This document shows positions 24,738 through 37,322 of a stretch of 64,000 nt of DNA, piece by piece; positions within the stretch are counted from its first letter, which is position 1; each line of letters starts with the position of its first letter. The translations under genes were made by a program, and so were the position numbers. A model generated the notes under the pieces. It saw only the letters and a list, made by a program, of their open reading frames with translations. It did not search any database and was not told the origin of the DNA. The DNA comes from Mobula hypostoma (Eukaryota). The stretch covers positions 33,358,001-33,422,000 of the forward strand of contig NC_086108.1 in assembly GCF_963921235.1 (NCBI RefSeq). Direction: 5' to 3'.

Positions 24738-27700
24738 TGACCTGTAGCTCTGACATCAATTGCTATGAAGTGCTTCGAGCGATTGGTTATGGCACACATC
24801 AACCACAGCCTTCCAGTCAACCTCGACGCTTTGCAATTCGCCTACCGGAGCAACAGGTCAACGGCAGATGCCATCTCTCTGGCCCTACATTCCTCCTTAG
24901 AACACCTGGAGAATAAAGACGCATATGTAAGGCTCCTTTTCATTGACTACAGCTCTGTCTTTAAAACCATCATTCCAAATAAACTGATTCCTAAGCTCTG
25001 GAACCTGGGCCTTAACACTCAGATCTGCAGCTGGATCTTCAACTTCCTCACTGACAGGACCCAGACTGTAAAAATAGGGGACAAGCTCTCCTCTACAATC
25101 ACTCTGAGCACCGGTGCCCCACAAGGCTGTGTACTCAGCCCCTGCTGTACTCACTGTACACCCATAATTGTGTAGCCAAGTTTCCATCAAACTCAATATA
25201 TAGGTTTGCTGATGACACCACAACTGTCGGCTGTATCTCTGGTAATGATGAGTTTGAGTACAGAGAGGAAATTAAAAACCTGGTGGCATGGTGCGACGAC
25301 AATGACCTATCCCTCAACGTCAGCAAGACGAAGGAATCGGTTGTTGACTTCAGAAGGAGTAGTGGACCGCACGACCCCACTTACGTCGGTGGTGCGCAAG
25401 TGGAACAGGTCAAAAGCTTTAAGTTCCTCGGGATCAATATCACAAATGACCTGACTTGGTCCAACCAAGCAGAGTCCACTGACAAGAAGGCCCACCAACG
25501 CCTTTGCTTCCTGAGAAAGCTAAAGAAATTTGGCCTGTCCCCTAAAACCCTCACTAATTTTCATAGATGCACCGTAGAAAGCATTCTTCTAGGGTGCATC
25601 ACAACCTGGTATGGTAGTTGACCTGTCCAAGACCGGGAGAAGCTGCAGAAGATCGTGAACACAGCCCAGCACATCACACAAACCAATCTTCCGTCCTTGG
25701 ACTTTACACTGCACGCTGTCGGAGCAGTGCTGCCAGGATAATCAAGGACATTATGATGTTGTAGCAATTAGTGAAACTTGGCTACAGGAGGGGCAGGACT
25801 GGCAGCTTAATATTCGAGGGTTCCGATGTTTCAGATGTGATCGAGGCAGAGGAATGAAAGGTGGGGGAGTAGCACTGCTTGTTAGGGAAAATATTACAGC
25901 AGTACTCAGGCAGGACAGATTAGAGGGCTTGTCTACTGAGTCCTTATGGGTGGAGCTGAGAAACAGGAAAGGTATGGCCACATTAGTGGGATTGTATTAC
26001 AGACCACCCAATATTAATGAGACTTGGAAGAGCAAATCTGCAGAGAGATAGCAGACAACTGCAGGAAACATAAAGTTGTGGTGGTAGGGGATTTTAATTT
26101 TCCATACATTGATTGGGACTCCCATACTGTTAGGGGTCTAGATGGTTTAGAGTTTGTAAAATGTGTTCAGGAAAGTTTTCTAAATCAATATATAGAGGGA
26201 CAAACTAGAGGGGATGCAATATTGGATCTCCTGTTAGGAAATGAATTAGGGCAAGTGACGGAAGTCTGTGTAGGGGAGCACTTTGGTTCCAGTGATCATA
26301 ACACCATTAGTTTCAATTTGATCATGGACAAGGATAGATCTGGTCCTAGGGTTGAGGTTCTGAACTGGAAGAAGGCCAAATTTGAAGAAATGAGAAAGGA
26401 TCTAAAAAGCGTGGATTGGGACAGGTTGTTCTCTGGCAAAGATGTGATTGGTAGGTGAGAAGCCTTCAAAGGGGAAATTTTGAGAGTGCAGATGTTGTAT
26501 GTTCCTGTCAGGACTAAAGGCAAATTGAATAGGAATAAGGAACCTTGGTTCTCAAGGGATATTGCAACTCTGATAAAGAAGAAGAGGGAATTGTATGAAA
26601 TGTATAGGAAACAGGGGGTAAATCAGGTGCTTGAGGAGTATAAGAAGTGCAAGAAAATACTTAAGAAAGAAATCAGGAGGGCTAAAAGAAGACATGAGGT
26701 TGCCTTGGCAGTCAAAGTGAAGGAGAATCCAAAGAGCTTTTACAAGTATATTAAGAGCAAAAGGGATAAAATTGGTCCTCTTGAAGATCAGAGTGGTCGG
26801 CTTTGTGCGGAACCAAAGGAAATGGGGGAGATCTTAAATAGGTTTTTTGCGTCTGTATTTACTAAGGAAGCTGGCATGAAATCTATGGAATTGAGGGAAT
26901 CAAGTAGTGAGACCATGGAAACTATACAGATTGAAAAGGAGGAGGTCCTTGCTGTCTTGAGGAAAAGTAAAGTGGATAAATCCCCGGGACCTGACAGAGT
27001 GTTCCCTCGGACCTTGAAGGAGACTAGTGTTGAAATTGTGGGTGCCGGAGGATTGGAGAGTGGCTCATGTTGTTCCGTTGTTTAAAAAAGGATCGAAAAG
27101 TAATCCGGGAAATTATAGGCCGGTGAGTTTAACGTCAGTAGTAGGTAAGTTATTGGAGGGAGTACTAAGAGACAGAATCTACAAGCATTTGGATAGACAG
27201 GGGCTTATTAGGGAGAGTCAACACGGCTTTGTGCGTGGTAGGTCATGTTTGACCAATCTGTTGGAGTTTTTCGAGGAAGGTACCAGGAAAGTGGATGAAG
27301 GGAAGGCAGTGGATATTGTCTACATGGACTTCAGTAAGGCCTTTGACAAGGTCCCGCATGGGAGGTTAGTTAGGAAATTTCAGTCGCTAGGTATACATGG
27401 AGAGGTGGTAAATTGGATTAGACATTGGCTCGATGGAAGAAGCCAGAGAGTGGTGGTAGAGAATTGCTTCTCTGAGTGGAGGCCTGTGACTAGTGGTGTG
27501 CCACAGGAATCAGTGCTGGGTCCATTGTTATTTGTCATCTATATCAATGATCTGGATGATAACGTGGTAAATTGGATCAGCAAGTTTGCTGATGATACAA
27601 ATATTGGAGGTGTAGTAGACAGTGAGGAAGTTTTTCAGAGCCTGCAGAGGGACTTGGACCAGCTGGAAAAATGGGCTGAAAAATGGCAGATGGAGTTTAA

Positions 27701-28862
27701 TACTGACAAGTGTGAGGTATTGCACATTGGAAGGACAAACCAACGTAGAACATACAGGGTTAATGGTAAGGCACTGAGGAGTGCAGTGGAACAGAGGGAT
27801 CTGGGAATACAGATACAAAATTCCCTAAAAGTGTCGTCACAGGTAGATAGGGTCGTAAAGAGAGCTTTTGGTACATTGGCCTTTAGTAATCGAAGTTTTG
27901 AGTATAAGAGCTGCAATGTTATGATGAGGTTGTATAAGGCATTGGTGAGGCCGAATCTCGAGTATTGTGTTCAGTTTTGGTCACCAAATTACAGGAAGGA
28001 TATAAATAAGGTTGAAAGCGTGCAGAGAAGGTTTACAAGGATGTTGCCGGGACTTGAGAAACTCAGTTACAGAGAAAGGTTGAATAGGTTAGGACTTTAT
28101 TCCCTGGAGCGTAGAAGAATGAGGGGAGATTTGATAGAGGTATATAAAATTATGATGGGTATAGATAGAGTGAATGTAAGCAGGCTTTTTCCACTGAGGC
28201 AAGGGGAGAAAAAAACCAGAGGACATGGGTTAAGGGTGAGGGGGGAAAAGTTTAAAGGGAACATTAGGGGAGGCTTCTTCACACAGAGAGTGGTGGGAGT
28301 ATGGAATGAGCTGCCAGACGAGGTGGTAAATGTGGGTTCTTTTTTAACATTTAAGAATAAATTGGACAGATACATGGATGGGAGGTGTATGGATGGATAT
28401 GGTCCGTGTGCAGGTCAGTGGGACTAGGCAGAAAATGGTTCGGCACAGCCAAGAAGGGCCAAAGGGCCTGTTTCTGTGCCGTAGTTTCTATGGTTTCTAT
28501 GGTTTCTATGGACACGACCCACCCAGCCAACACACTTTTCGTCCCTCTTCCCTTTGGGAGAAGGCTCAGGAGCTTGAAGACTCGTACGGCCAGATTTGGG
28601 AACGGCTTCTTTCCAACTGTGATAAGACTGCTGAACGGATCCTGACCCGGATCTGGGCCGTACCCTCCACATATCCGGACCTGCCTCCTGGTTGTTTTGC
28701 ACTACCTTACTTCCCATTTTTTAATTTTCTATTCATGATTTATAATTTATAATATTTACTAACGATTTGTACTCCAGGGAGCGTGAAGCGCAGAATCAAA
28801 TATCGCTGTGATGGTTGTATGCTCTAGTATCAATTGTTTGGCAACAATAAAGTAAAGTAAAG
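24738..28862 (+). mobile_element. Rex1/Babar-type LINE fragment interrupted by a CR1
   Basis: RT pieces 24765-25175 and 25283-25621. The C-terminus resumes at 28515 (THPANTLFVPLPFGRRLRS..FFPTVIRLLN). Tail aataaagtaaagtaaag. Confidence 0.88.
25751..28509 (+). mobile_element. Young 5'-truncated CR1 LINE (APE endonuclease + RT ORF2)
   Basis: Endonuclease motifs YDVVAISETW, VVGDFNFP and SSDHN. RT ORF 27027-28427 (466 aa, KFADD). (GTTTCTATG)3 tail and 5-bp TSD ggaca (25746-25750 and 28510-28514). A few frameshifts and a small internal deletion near 27040. Confidence 0.95.
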
Positions 28863-31116
28863 CAATCGATAACTGTAGTGTTTGTCAAAAAGCTGTAAAA
28901 TCCTTGATTTATTGAAGTATAATTTTCATTGAACTAGAACTAGATAAAATATAAAATTCAAGGCAATCTGCTTCACCATTGTCACAGGAACTACAGACCA
29001 GTCCTTCTGATCTGAGTAGCAATTGCAGTGAATGAGCCAATCTGATAGGCCAAGTTGAACAAGCTAAAGTTATACTGCACTTGCTTCAAATACGGACAAC
29101 TGAGGAGGAGAAGGTCAAGTGAGGGCTCCCGTTTTTAATAATAAGGTCTTAGGAAATGGACAATGCATATTCTGAGCTACGAATGCATTTCATAATGCCT
29201 TAGTGTGTAATTTTATACAGAATGAAAGGATTTAGGATTCTAATACAATCTAATTTACTAACTGTGACTCTTTTGTGAGGTTCACAGCAAAGTATCACCT
29301 GGAAGTTCCCCTTCAAGCTGCATACCTAATGGACTTGGAAATACATGGTTGCTGCTCTTGGCTAGCAGGTCTAAATCTCGGATCACCCTTCCCGAAAGGC
29401 TGGAGCATCTTCACCAGAAAGGCAATGGGTGCCACTCTATGCCAATTGATGACAGACATCATTGTCAAAGCTAAAGGTTACTGATTGACAGGAATCTCAT
29501 CTCTGGCTAGATAGTTCATGTCTCACTTCTGTAATATGGAACATAAAATCTCCACTGAATATAAAAGAACTAATGTTGATATAAAAATTTGATGACAGTA
29601 GTTTCAAGGAGAGTTCTTCCTGGTGTCACGGTCAATCTTTGTCCTACAGCGAGCATAACAATAAAAAGAAATCTCTGGTTGTTTAAGTCACAGTTGTATA
29701 TGAAAGCTTACTATATAGTACATCAAACAGCTTCTATATTTCCTAATTTTAGTATAGTGACTCCTCCTCATTGATTGTAAAACACTTTGGGATTGGTTGG
29801 AGACCATCCTAAAAAAATACTGTACAGCCCATCTTTTTTACACCCATTAATTTTTTAAAGGGTTTTAGCAAAATGATGTGAATAGTTTAACTAATTCACC
29901 AAGTTTGGAGCAGCACAGTAGCAAAGTGGTTAGAGTCACGCTCTTACAGAGCCAGTGACCTGGGCTCAGTTCCGATGTTAAAATTATGTGGTTTTGTCAG
30001 TTTTTTCAGTCTTGGTCTGTCCTGTGTTTTGTGATATCACACCGGAGGAAATATTGTATCATTTCTTAATGCATACATTACTAAATGACAATAAAAGAGG
30101 ACTACATGTCTTCATAATCTAAATCTAAAAATCTAATGTAAGTCGCACCACGTAAAAACGTGATAATGAATTGTATTGAATATGCATTGCACTGAACTCT
30201 GCTGCTGCTAAGTTAACAAATTTCACGACACATGCCGGTGATAATAAATCTGATTCTGATTCTGAATGCATTTCAAATTAAACAAAGGTATCTTCCTGCA
30301 ACATCTTGTGTGTGTTGCAAACGTATCTTAATGCCTGCAATTCCTCATGGAGCTTGGTGACCTTGTTCCCAAGATGTAGAATAATTCTGTACTGGTTCTA
30401 TAAATTAACTACATTATTTCTTCAAACTGTATTACTTTTGCACTGTCTCTACCTCAGAGCTGATGACTTTGAACTTAATTTCCTGAGAAATAATCTGGCA
30501 GAGCAAGTTTCTAAAATCATGCTGATTGAAGTTTATCCTTGTAACTTGCCTCTTAATAAATCATTTTCAGAATTTGGGTGTGTTAGCATACAGTTGGCAG
30601 GTTGAAGGAGATTGCAAACTCCACCCTGGTCAAACTGCTCTGTTGAGAGTTATTTTTAACAAATAAACTTTTAAAGATAGTGTCAGAAGAACCAGCACAT
30701 GGGGAAATTTCTGACACATTGCAAGTGGTTTGAAAGAAGAATCCCAAAATATTCAAATCTACAGTACAGGATGGGGACTTTAGTTAGAATCTGATCTTGG
30801 GCCTCTCGTCTTCAATGTAGCTGCACAACATGATGATCTGAATTCAGGTAAACCTCAATTGTCAGTAGTTAGTTGAAGACGTTGCCTACGCTGAATAGAA
30901 TAGTGTTAAGGAATGCTCAACATCCATTATTTCTACGGGAAATTTTTCACTATGAAATTGAAGCCTGTACCAATTGTAGTAAAACAGAGGAACTAACTTG
31001 TGGTAAGGTAGAGGAAATATAATCATTTTGTGAAGCCTCTGTTCAAAGTGGCAAATTAGCAATAAATTACAAAGTCCCGATGTGAACTCTTTAAATTACT
31101 ATATCCAAATATTTTA

Positions 31117-32530
31117 AACGCAAAATAATCTACAGATGCCGTGATCAAAGCAACACTTTCAGTACGCTGGATGAACTCAGCAGGTCAGGCAGCATCAGTT
31201 ACAAATGATGAGTCAACATTTCGGGCCGGAACCCTTTGTCAGGACTGAAGAATGAAAGATGGGGAAGGATTTGAAGAATGCTTGCAGCTTCAGTTGAAAG
31301 ACCAGTAATCTGAAAGATAAAGGGGTGGGGGAGGGGAAGCATTGACGTCATAGCCCTGAAAACAATGTGTAGTAGAAGAAGGAGGCAGAACCATGAGGGA
31401 GCTCGGGGAGGGGGTAGAGTGAAATAGGGATAGAGGAAGGGAGGGGGAGGGAATTACCGGAGGTTGGAGAATTCTATGTTCATACCAAGGGGCTGGAGAC
31501 TACCTAGATAGTATATGAGGTGTTGCTCCTTCAACCTGAGTTTAGCCTCATCATGGCAGTAGAGGAGGCCATGTATGGACATATCTGAATGGGAATGGGA
31601 AGCAGAGTTGAAGTGGGTGGCTACCGGGAGATCATGTCTGTTGTGGCGCATGGAGTGCAATAGATGATGGAGTGGAGGTTTCCACGTTTCCAGGTTTCCA
31701 GGACCCCACCACTAAGCACATCTTTCCCTCTCCACCCCTCTCCGCTTTCCGCAGGGATCGGTCCCTCCGTGACTCCCTCATCTGCACATCCATCCCCACT
31801 GATCTCCAACCCGGCACTTATCCCTGTAAGCGTAAGTGCTACACCTGTCCCTACACCTCATCTCTTGCAACCATTCAGGGCCCCAAACAGTCCTTCCAGG
31901 TGAGACGACACTTCACTTGTGAATCTGTTGGGGTCACCTATTGCATCCGGTGCTCCCGGTGCGGCCTCCTCTACATCGGTGAAACCCGACGCAGATTGGG
32001 GGTCCACTTTGTCGAGCAGCTCCACTCCGTCCGCCACAACAGACAGGATCTCCCGGTAGACACCCATTTCAACTCTGCTTCCCATTCCCATTCAGATATG
32101 TCCATACATGGCCTCCTCTACTGCCATGCTGAGGCTAAACTCAGGTTAGAGGAGCAACACCTCATATACCGTCTAGGTAGTCTCCAGCCCCTTGGTATGA
32201 ACATAGAATTCTCCAACTTCCGGTAATTCCCTCCGCCTCCCTTCCTCTATCCCTATTTCACTCTACCCCCTCCCCCAGCTCCCTCATGGTTCCGCCTCCT
32301 TCTTCAACCACCCATTGTTTTTAGGGCCATGACGTCAATGCTTCCCGTCCCCCACCCCTTTGTCTTTCAAATTACTGGTCTTTCAACTGAAACTACAAGC
32401 ATTCTTCAAATCCTTCCCCATCTTTCATTCTTCAGTCCTGGCGAAGGGTTCCGGCCCGAAACGTTGACTCATCATTTGTAACTGATGCTGCCCGACCTGC
32501 TGAGTTCATCCAGCATACTGAATGTGTTAC
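31117..32530 (+). mobile_element. Penelope-like element 3' fragment (GIY-YIG endonuclease) with an inverted copy of its 3' end
   Basis: ORF 31672-32226 reads CKRKCYTC...VTYCIRCSRCGLLYIGETRRRLG..EQL..HF..GMN. 31117-31650 is the reverse complement of about 32030-32530. 13-bp TSD tccaaatatttta at 31104-31116 and 32531-32543. Confidence 0.92.
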
Positions 32531-32709
32531 TCCAAATATTTTAGCTGTTTTAATACTGTGATGTGGATTTTCTGGTTGAGGCTTCCTGTCTACTAAGTTA
32601 AATAAGTAATCATCAGGCTACAGACGATTGGAAACAGTTCTTTCAGTTCATCACTAACCCTACTCTAACACATATATCCTCCCAAAATTCCAAACCGACT
32701 CCCTTAGAT

Positions 32710-32789
32710 CAGGTGTTCCCCACCTGGCATCCACGGACTCCTCAGGTAATGGTGGGCGTCCATGGTATGAATAAGGTTAGGAACCCCTT
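32710..32789. mobile_element. 80-bp hAT MITE
   Basis: Imperfect TIRs caggtgttcccc and ggaacccctt, with a perfect 8-bp TSD ccttagat. A sister copy lies at 52635-52716. Confidence 0.75.
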
Positions 32790-34101
32790 CCTTAGATTCT
32801 AACGCTTATCCACACACTAGGGCCAATTTACCTGTACTTCTTGGGAATGTGGGAGGAAACTGGAGCGTCCAGGAAAAACTCAAATAGTCACAAGGACAAC
32901 GTGTAAAATCTATACAGACATCACCCAGGTCAGGATGGAACCGAAGTCACTAGAGCTGCAGGGTAGCAGGCTAACATCTATGGCCTAGAACTTAGATTCA
33001 GCTGAGTCCTTGCCAACAAAAAAAAATGGCGCTACTCCTAATTTTTCCTGCAACCGGAAGGCCACCTACTGGGAAATATAAAACAAAATGAAGTCTGAAA
33101 AGGAAATTGGGAATAAAGGAAGGAATGCCTTTGCAGATTAAGTAAGAAGTTGAATAGCAAGTTCCATAGAAATGAAACTCCATTGCTTCAGTTGCTTGGT
33201 TTCTGGGCTGGAGAGGTTGACTTGCAATCCAGGAAGCATTAAATAATTTGTTAGCACATTCCAGCTCCATCGGTGATGGAGTAATTGGAAATGACTGTGC
33301 CAGGCAGCTACTTCATGAAATTTAAAGAATTTTAAAGGTGGAGTTGCTGCTTTCAAAGTGAGGACAGTGACATGGCACAAAAGGTCCAGCAGATTGTGGA
33401 GTTTGTAACTCAAAGGACAACCCTTCATTGCAGGGTGTTCCAGATTAAAGGCCTGGGCAGAAAATCTGGGCCAATCCTATTTACGCCTGTGTTGCCTCTC
33501 TAGCGGGTTTCTTACTAACTTCCTGAATGACTTTTTGAGTGATTCCACCATTTTCTGTCATTTCAGTTTTCCAGCATCTACAGTTTTTGACTCATATCTA
33601 TAATTCAGTAAAGAAAATTGAGCCTAACTGTCTGCTGGCAGTTATGCCTGAGGCTGATATAATATTCCAGCAACCAACCTCCACCCATGGGGCTGTGACA
33701 CACACTGGGAAACCCAGATGCTGCGCCAAATGTGCAGCAGAATCTTAGTGTATTTGTGCTCAGTTTTTAGACATATTTACATGCACTGTCAACTATGATT
33801 CCTTCCACACAAACCATAAAAAGCTGAAGGTTTGTCCAATATATTCAAAGAAGGTATGCTGTCTTTGAGCAGGGTACAGAGCAGAACGACCCTGAGCTGT
33901 TCTGACTCACCGAACGAAATAATGGATTCTACATGGTTTAATCAACTTGCACTTCTTTCTGTAGCAAGTATTGTTACATGAAACTGTTCTTGTATTTTCA
34001 CTTGAATACAGGAGGGGTTTTCTGAGTTGTTTAAAATGGTAACAAGTTATGACAGGTTTGAAACCATGTTCCTCTGCACAGCAGTCAGAGATAGGGGAAA
34101 T

Positions 34102-34728
34102 AAGATTAGATTAGATTATGAGGACACGCAGTCCTCATTTATTGTCATTTAGTAATGCATGCATAAAGAAATGATACAATATTCCTCCGGTGTGATATCA
34201 CAGAAACACAGGGCAGACCAAGACCGAAAAACTGACAAAACCACATAATTATAACATATAGTTACAACAGTGCAAGCAATACCGTAACTTGATGAAGAAC
34301 AGGCCGTGAGTACGGTAAAAAAAAGTTCAAAGTCTCTCGAAAGTCCCACATCTCACATAGATGGGAGAAGGAAGAAAACTCTCCCTGCCATGCCCGACCA
34401 TAGTCCGACTCTGAGTCGTCCGAAAACCTCGAGTCTCCAACCAGCCCTCCGACACCGAGCACCATCTCTGCCGAGTGCTTCGACCCCAATCCCGGCCTCC
34501 AGCAGCAGGGAAAGCTGAGGATTTTGGGGCCTTCCCTCCGGAGATTCTCGATCACACTGTAGCAGCGGCAGCAAACTGGGCATTTCAAAAGTTTCTCCAG
34601 ATGTTCCTCTGTGCTTCTCACGGCTGTCTCCATCAAATCAGAATTGTGCCCGGTACCCTATTTAACAAATATGATATCATTTCACCGGAGAGGCTGCGCG
34701 CGCTGCGTTGCGCTGCCATCTTCTCCTC
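34102..34728 (-). mobile_element. Full-length copy of the (TAATC)n-tailed non-autonomous retroposon
   Basis: The 5' end reads gaggagaagatggcagcg on minus (AAGATGGC, YY1-like LINE 5' motif). Homologous to 21202-21833; no real ORF. Confidence 0.75.
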
Positions 34729-35520
34729 TAGCTTTTAGATATAATCTAAAAGCTAGAGCCACCCCCCCTCCCTCCGGAGAAACTCAACAAGCCAAGCAGC
34801 ATCTATGGAAAAGAGTAAACAGTCGACGTTTTGGGCCATGACCCTTCGTCAGGACTCCTGATTAATTAGTGAGTCACGCTGAACGGTTTCAGCCCAAATG
34901 TCAACTATACTCTCTTCCATTGACGCTACCTGGCCTGCTGAGTTCCTCCAGCACGTTGTGTGTGTGTTGCTTGGATTTCCAGCATCTGGAGTTTTTCTTG
35001 TCTCTGGATAGCTGGAGATTTCGTTTTAGAGTTTGTGAAAGTTAGATGTCTATTAGCAACAGGGATCTTAGACTTAGGGCAAGAACTCTGCGGCCAAGAC
35101 TTGGTTAGGGACCTGGCAATGAAAAGGAGACTTAAACAATCAATAGGCTGAGAGACAATGTGCTCTCCAGAGCACCATGCTCAGTCCAGGCTTCAGAACT
35201 GTATTTTCCTCTAGTTTTCTATCCCATTGCTGGGGTTCAATTAATCAGTCCTGGGATTGGGAAGAGCATCAGTCCTTTTCTATTCAGTGGAACAAAATGG
35301 GGGCAAGATGAGTGTGAAGTGAGCTTGTCTGTCCCAAGGTGACCTCCCACTAACCCCCAAACTCTGTTGGGACCCAGTGTCAGAGGGCACAAGAGACATT
35401 GGCCCTGGCACAACGATAGGGGTCAAATCTGGTCCTCTGGGGCAAATGTTATCCAAGGTGGATGTAATAAGTGCGGCAACTATTTTCTCTAATTTTTCAG
35501 TCAAATTCTGCAATACTTGT

Positions 35521-36058
35521 TTAATTTGAATCTGCTCCCATGGAGCTGTTGCCCTTGACATTTTTTGCGTCCTTCACTGTGACGCGTTGGATGGACCCAT
35601 TGCATTTTCTAAAAATGTCACTGATCGGCAATTCCTTCTCACTGTCGGGTTTGTTTCGGTGTCTAATGTACCGTGCTTTCCTTGCTTCCGCGAAGGCCTC
35701 AAGAAAACTGGGCATGGTGTGCATGGTTCTGGGCAACCCATCCGGAGCATAGAACTCGGACCCATCGGGGGAGCTTTCCTGTGCTGCTTGGTTTCCCCTT
35801 TCGCTGTCCGTGAATGAGATGGCGGGCTTGGTGACAGGCTGCTTCAAGGTTGACGGACTGGCACTCTCAGTCCTCACTTTTGCATTCAGCTTGGGTGGCG
35901 TCAGGGCTTGGACCTCTTCTGCCGCAGCGTGCTTATCGGACTTCTCCTGTTCATCGCTGAACCCACTGAGGAACTCGTTGATCTGTGTCTGCAGAGCGTG
36001 AGAGACGCTGGGTGGTATCACAATCCTGGCAGCTTTCACCGGGGAGTAGTTCTGCGCT
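35521..36058 (-). CDS. CCDC190: Coiled-coil domain-containing protein 190, last coding exon
   Basis: PSFLEAFAEARKARYIRHRNKPDSEKELPISDIF matches the conserved CCDC190 C-terminal motif (human [32 protein letters not shown], recalled). Acceptor tctcttacaattgtAG at 36060-36059, phase 2, in frame with ORF 35521-36039. Confidence 0.9.
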
Positions 36059-37322
36059 CTACAATTGTAAGAGAAAGCTGTGAGGAGGAGGAGTAGGCCA
36101 TCCTGCCATTTGGACCTGCTCTAACATGCATTAAAGTCACGAGTAATCATTCTCCTCAGCACCACCTGCCCTTTCCCCACATTCCTTTAATATCTTTAAA
36201 AAGACTTAATTTGATGAACCCAATGGATAAGCCCAGGAAAACAAAGAAGTCCTAGGATTCATCATGCCCTAGGGGAGGAAATTTCTCCTCTCAGTCCTAA
36301 ACAGCATGTCGCTTATTCTGAGATGGGAGTCCTGGTCCTTGTGTCCTCAACCAGGAGGAACATCCTCCCTTCATCTGGCTTGTCAAACAGTGTAAGTCTT
36401 GATGAGATCTCTTCTCATTTCTCTAAACTTCAGAGAGTACGGTCCTGGTTCACTCAGTTTTAGATCACACAACATCCGACTCCCCATCTCCCCCACCCAA
36501 CAATCTCCCCAATCTCTGTCCTCTACTCTCTCTACAGAAAGTATTTCCCATCTTTGGGCAAGCAGAGCAAAACTGTACACAATACTCCAAATGCAGTTCT
36601 GTACAAATGCACTTAGGAATCTTTATCTGATCGGTCAGGATTCGGATTTCCAAGTACCAGGTGACACTTTTTTTGCTTGTGCCAATACAAATATGGTACC
36701 TTTAAATTCTGCTTGTTCGGCATTTGAAAAGATCAGTTATATAATGTCCTGTGAGAGGAAATACTAAGTAAGTTTAATGCTCCAATTTTCTCCTGCTGGG
36801 GTGGGTGAAGGAGAAGATTGCTAATGTAGAGCTTGATGGACTGAAAGATCTCAACTGGAAATATTGGATATGAAAAGTACATAAAAAGTGTTGAGATACA
36901 AGAAATTGCAGATCTTGGCCAAAATAAACACAAAGAGCTGCAGGAACTTGGCAGGTCACACATCATCTGATGCAGGATCTCAGCCTTGAAAGTTAGCTTT
37001 CCCATACTTAGCTTTTTCATACTTCTCCTGTTGTTAAGGATGTTTTCAAATATTCTGCAATACAAAATGGGGTCCCTAAGGTTTAGTGAGTCCTGCGATC
37101 AGAGACAGATATCAAAGTGGCTGCCTAGATTTACCGGGCCTTTTGAGAGACAACTTTTGCCTGGAAATTCAGTTGCAATGCTATTTTTTTTCATACAGCA
37201 TAGTTGAATTAGATATATTATAATTACCACTCCTATAACTGCACTTTGAAAAGACTAAAAACATCCTAGTCACTTGGAAATGAGACCACTGAAGCTTTGA
37301 TGGAGTGGGAATGGTAGGTTGT

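Noticed and set aside
34821..34856. Hammerhead motif on minus as an active ribozyme
   Set aside because: The essential GAAA is mutated to AAAA; similar decay is seen near 2006, 24188, 43640 and 61550.
35280..35561. 93-aa ORF overlapping the CCDC190 stop
   Set aside because: No recognisable homology; the conserved C-terminal motif already ends in the main frame, so this is likely 3' UTR.
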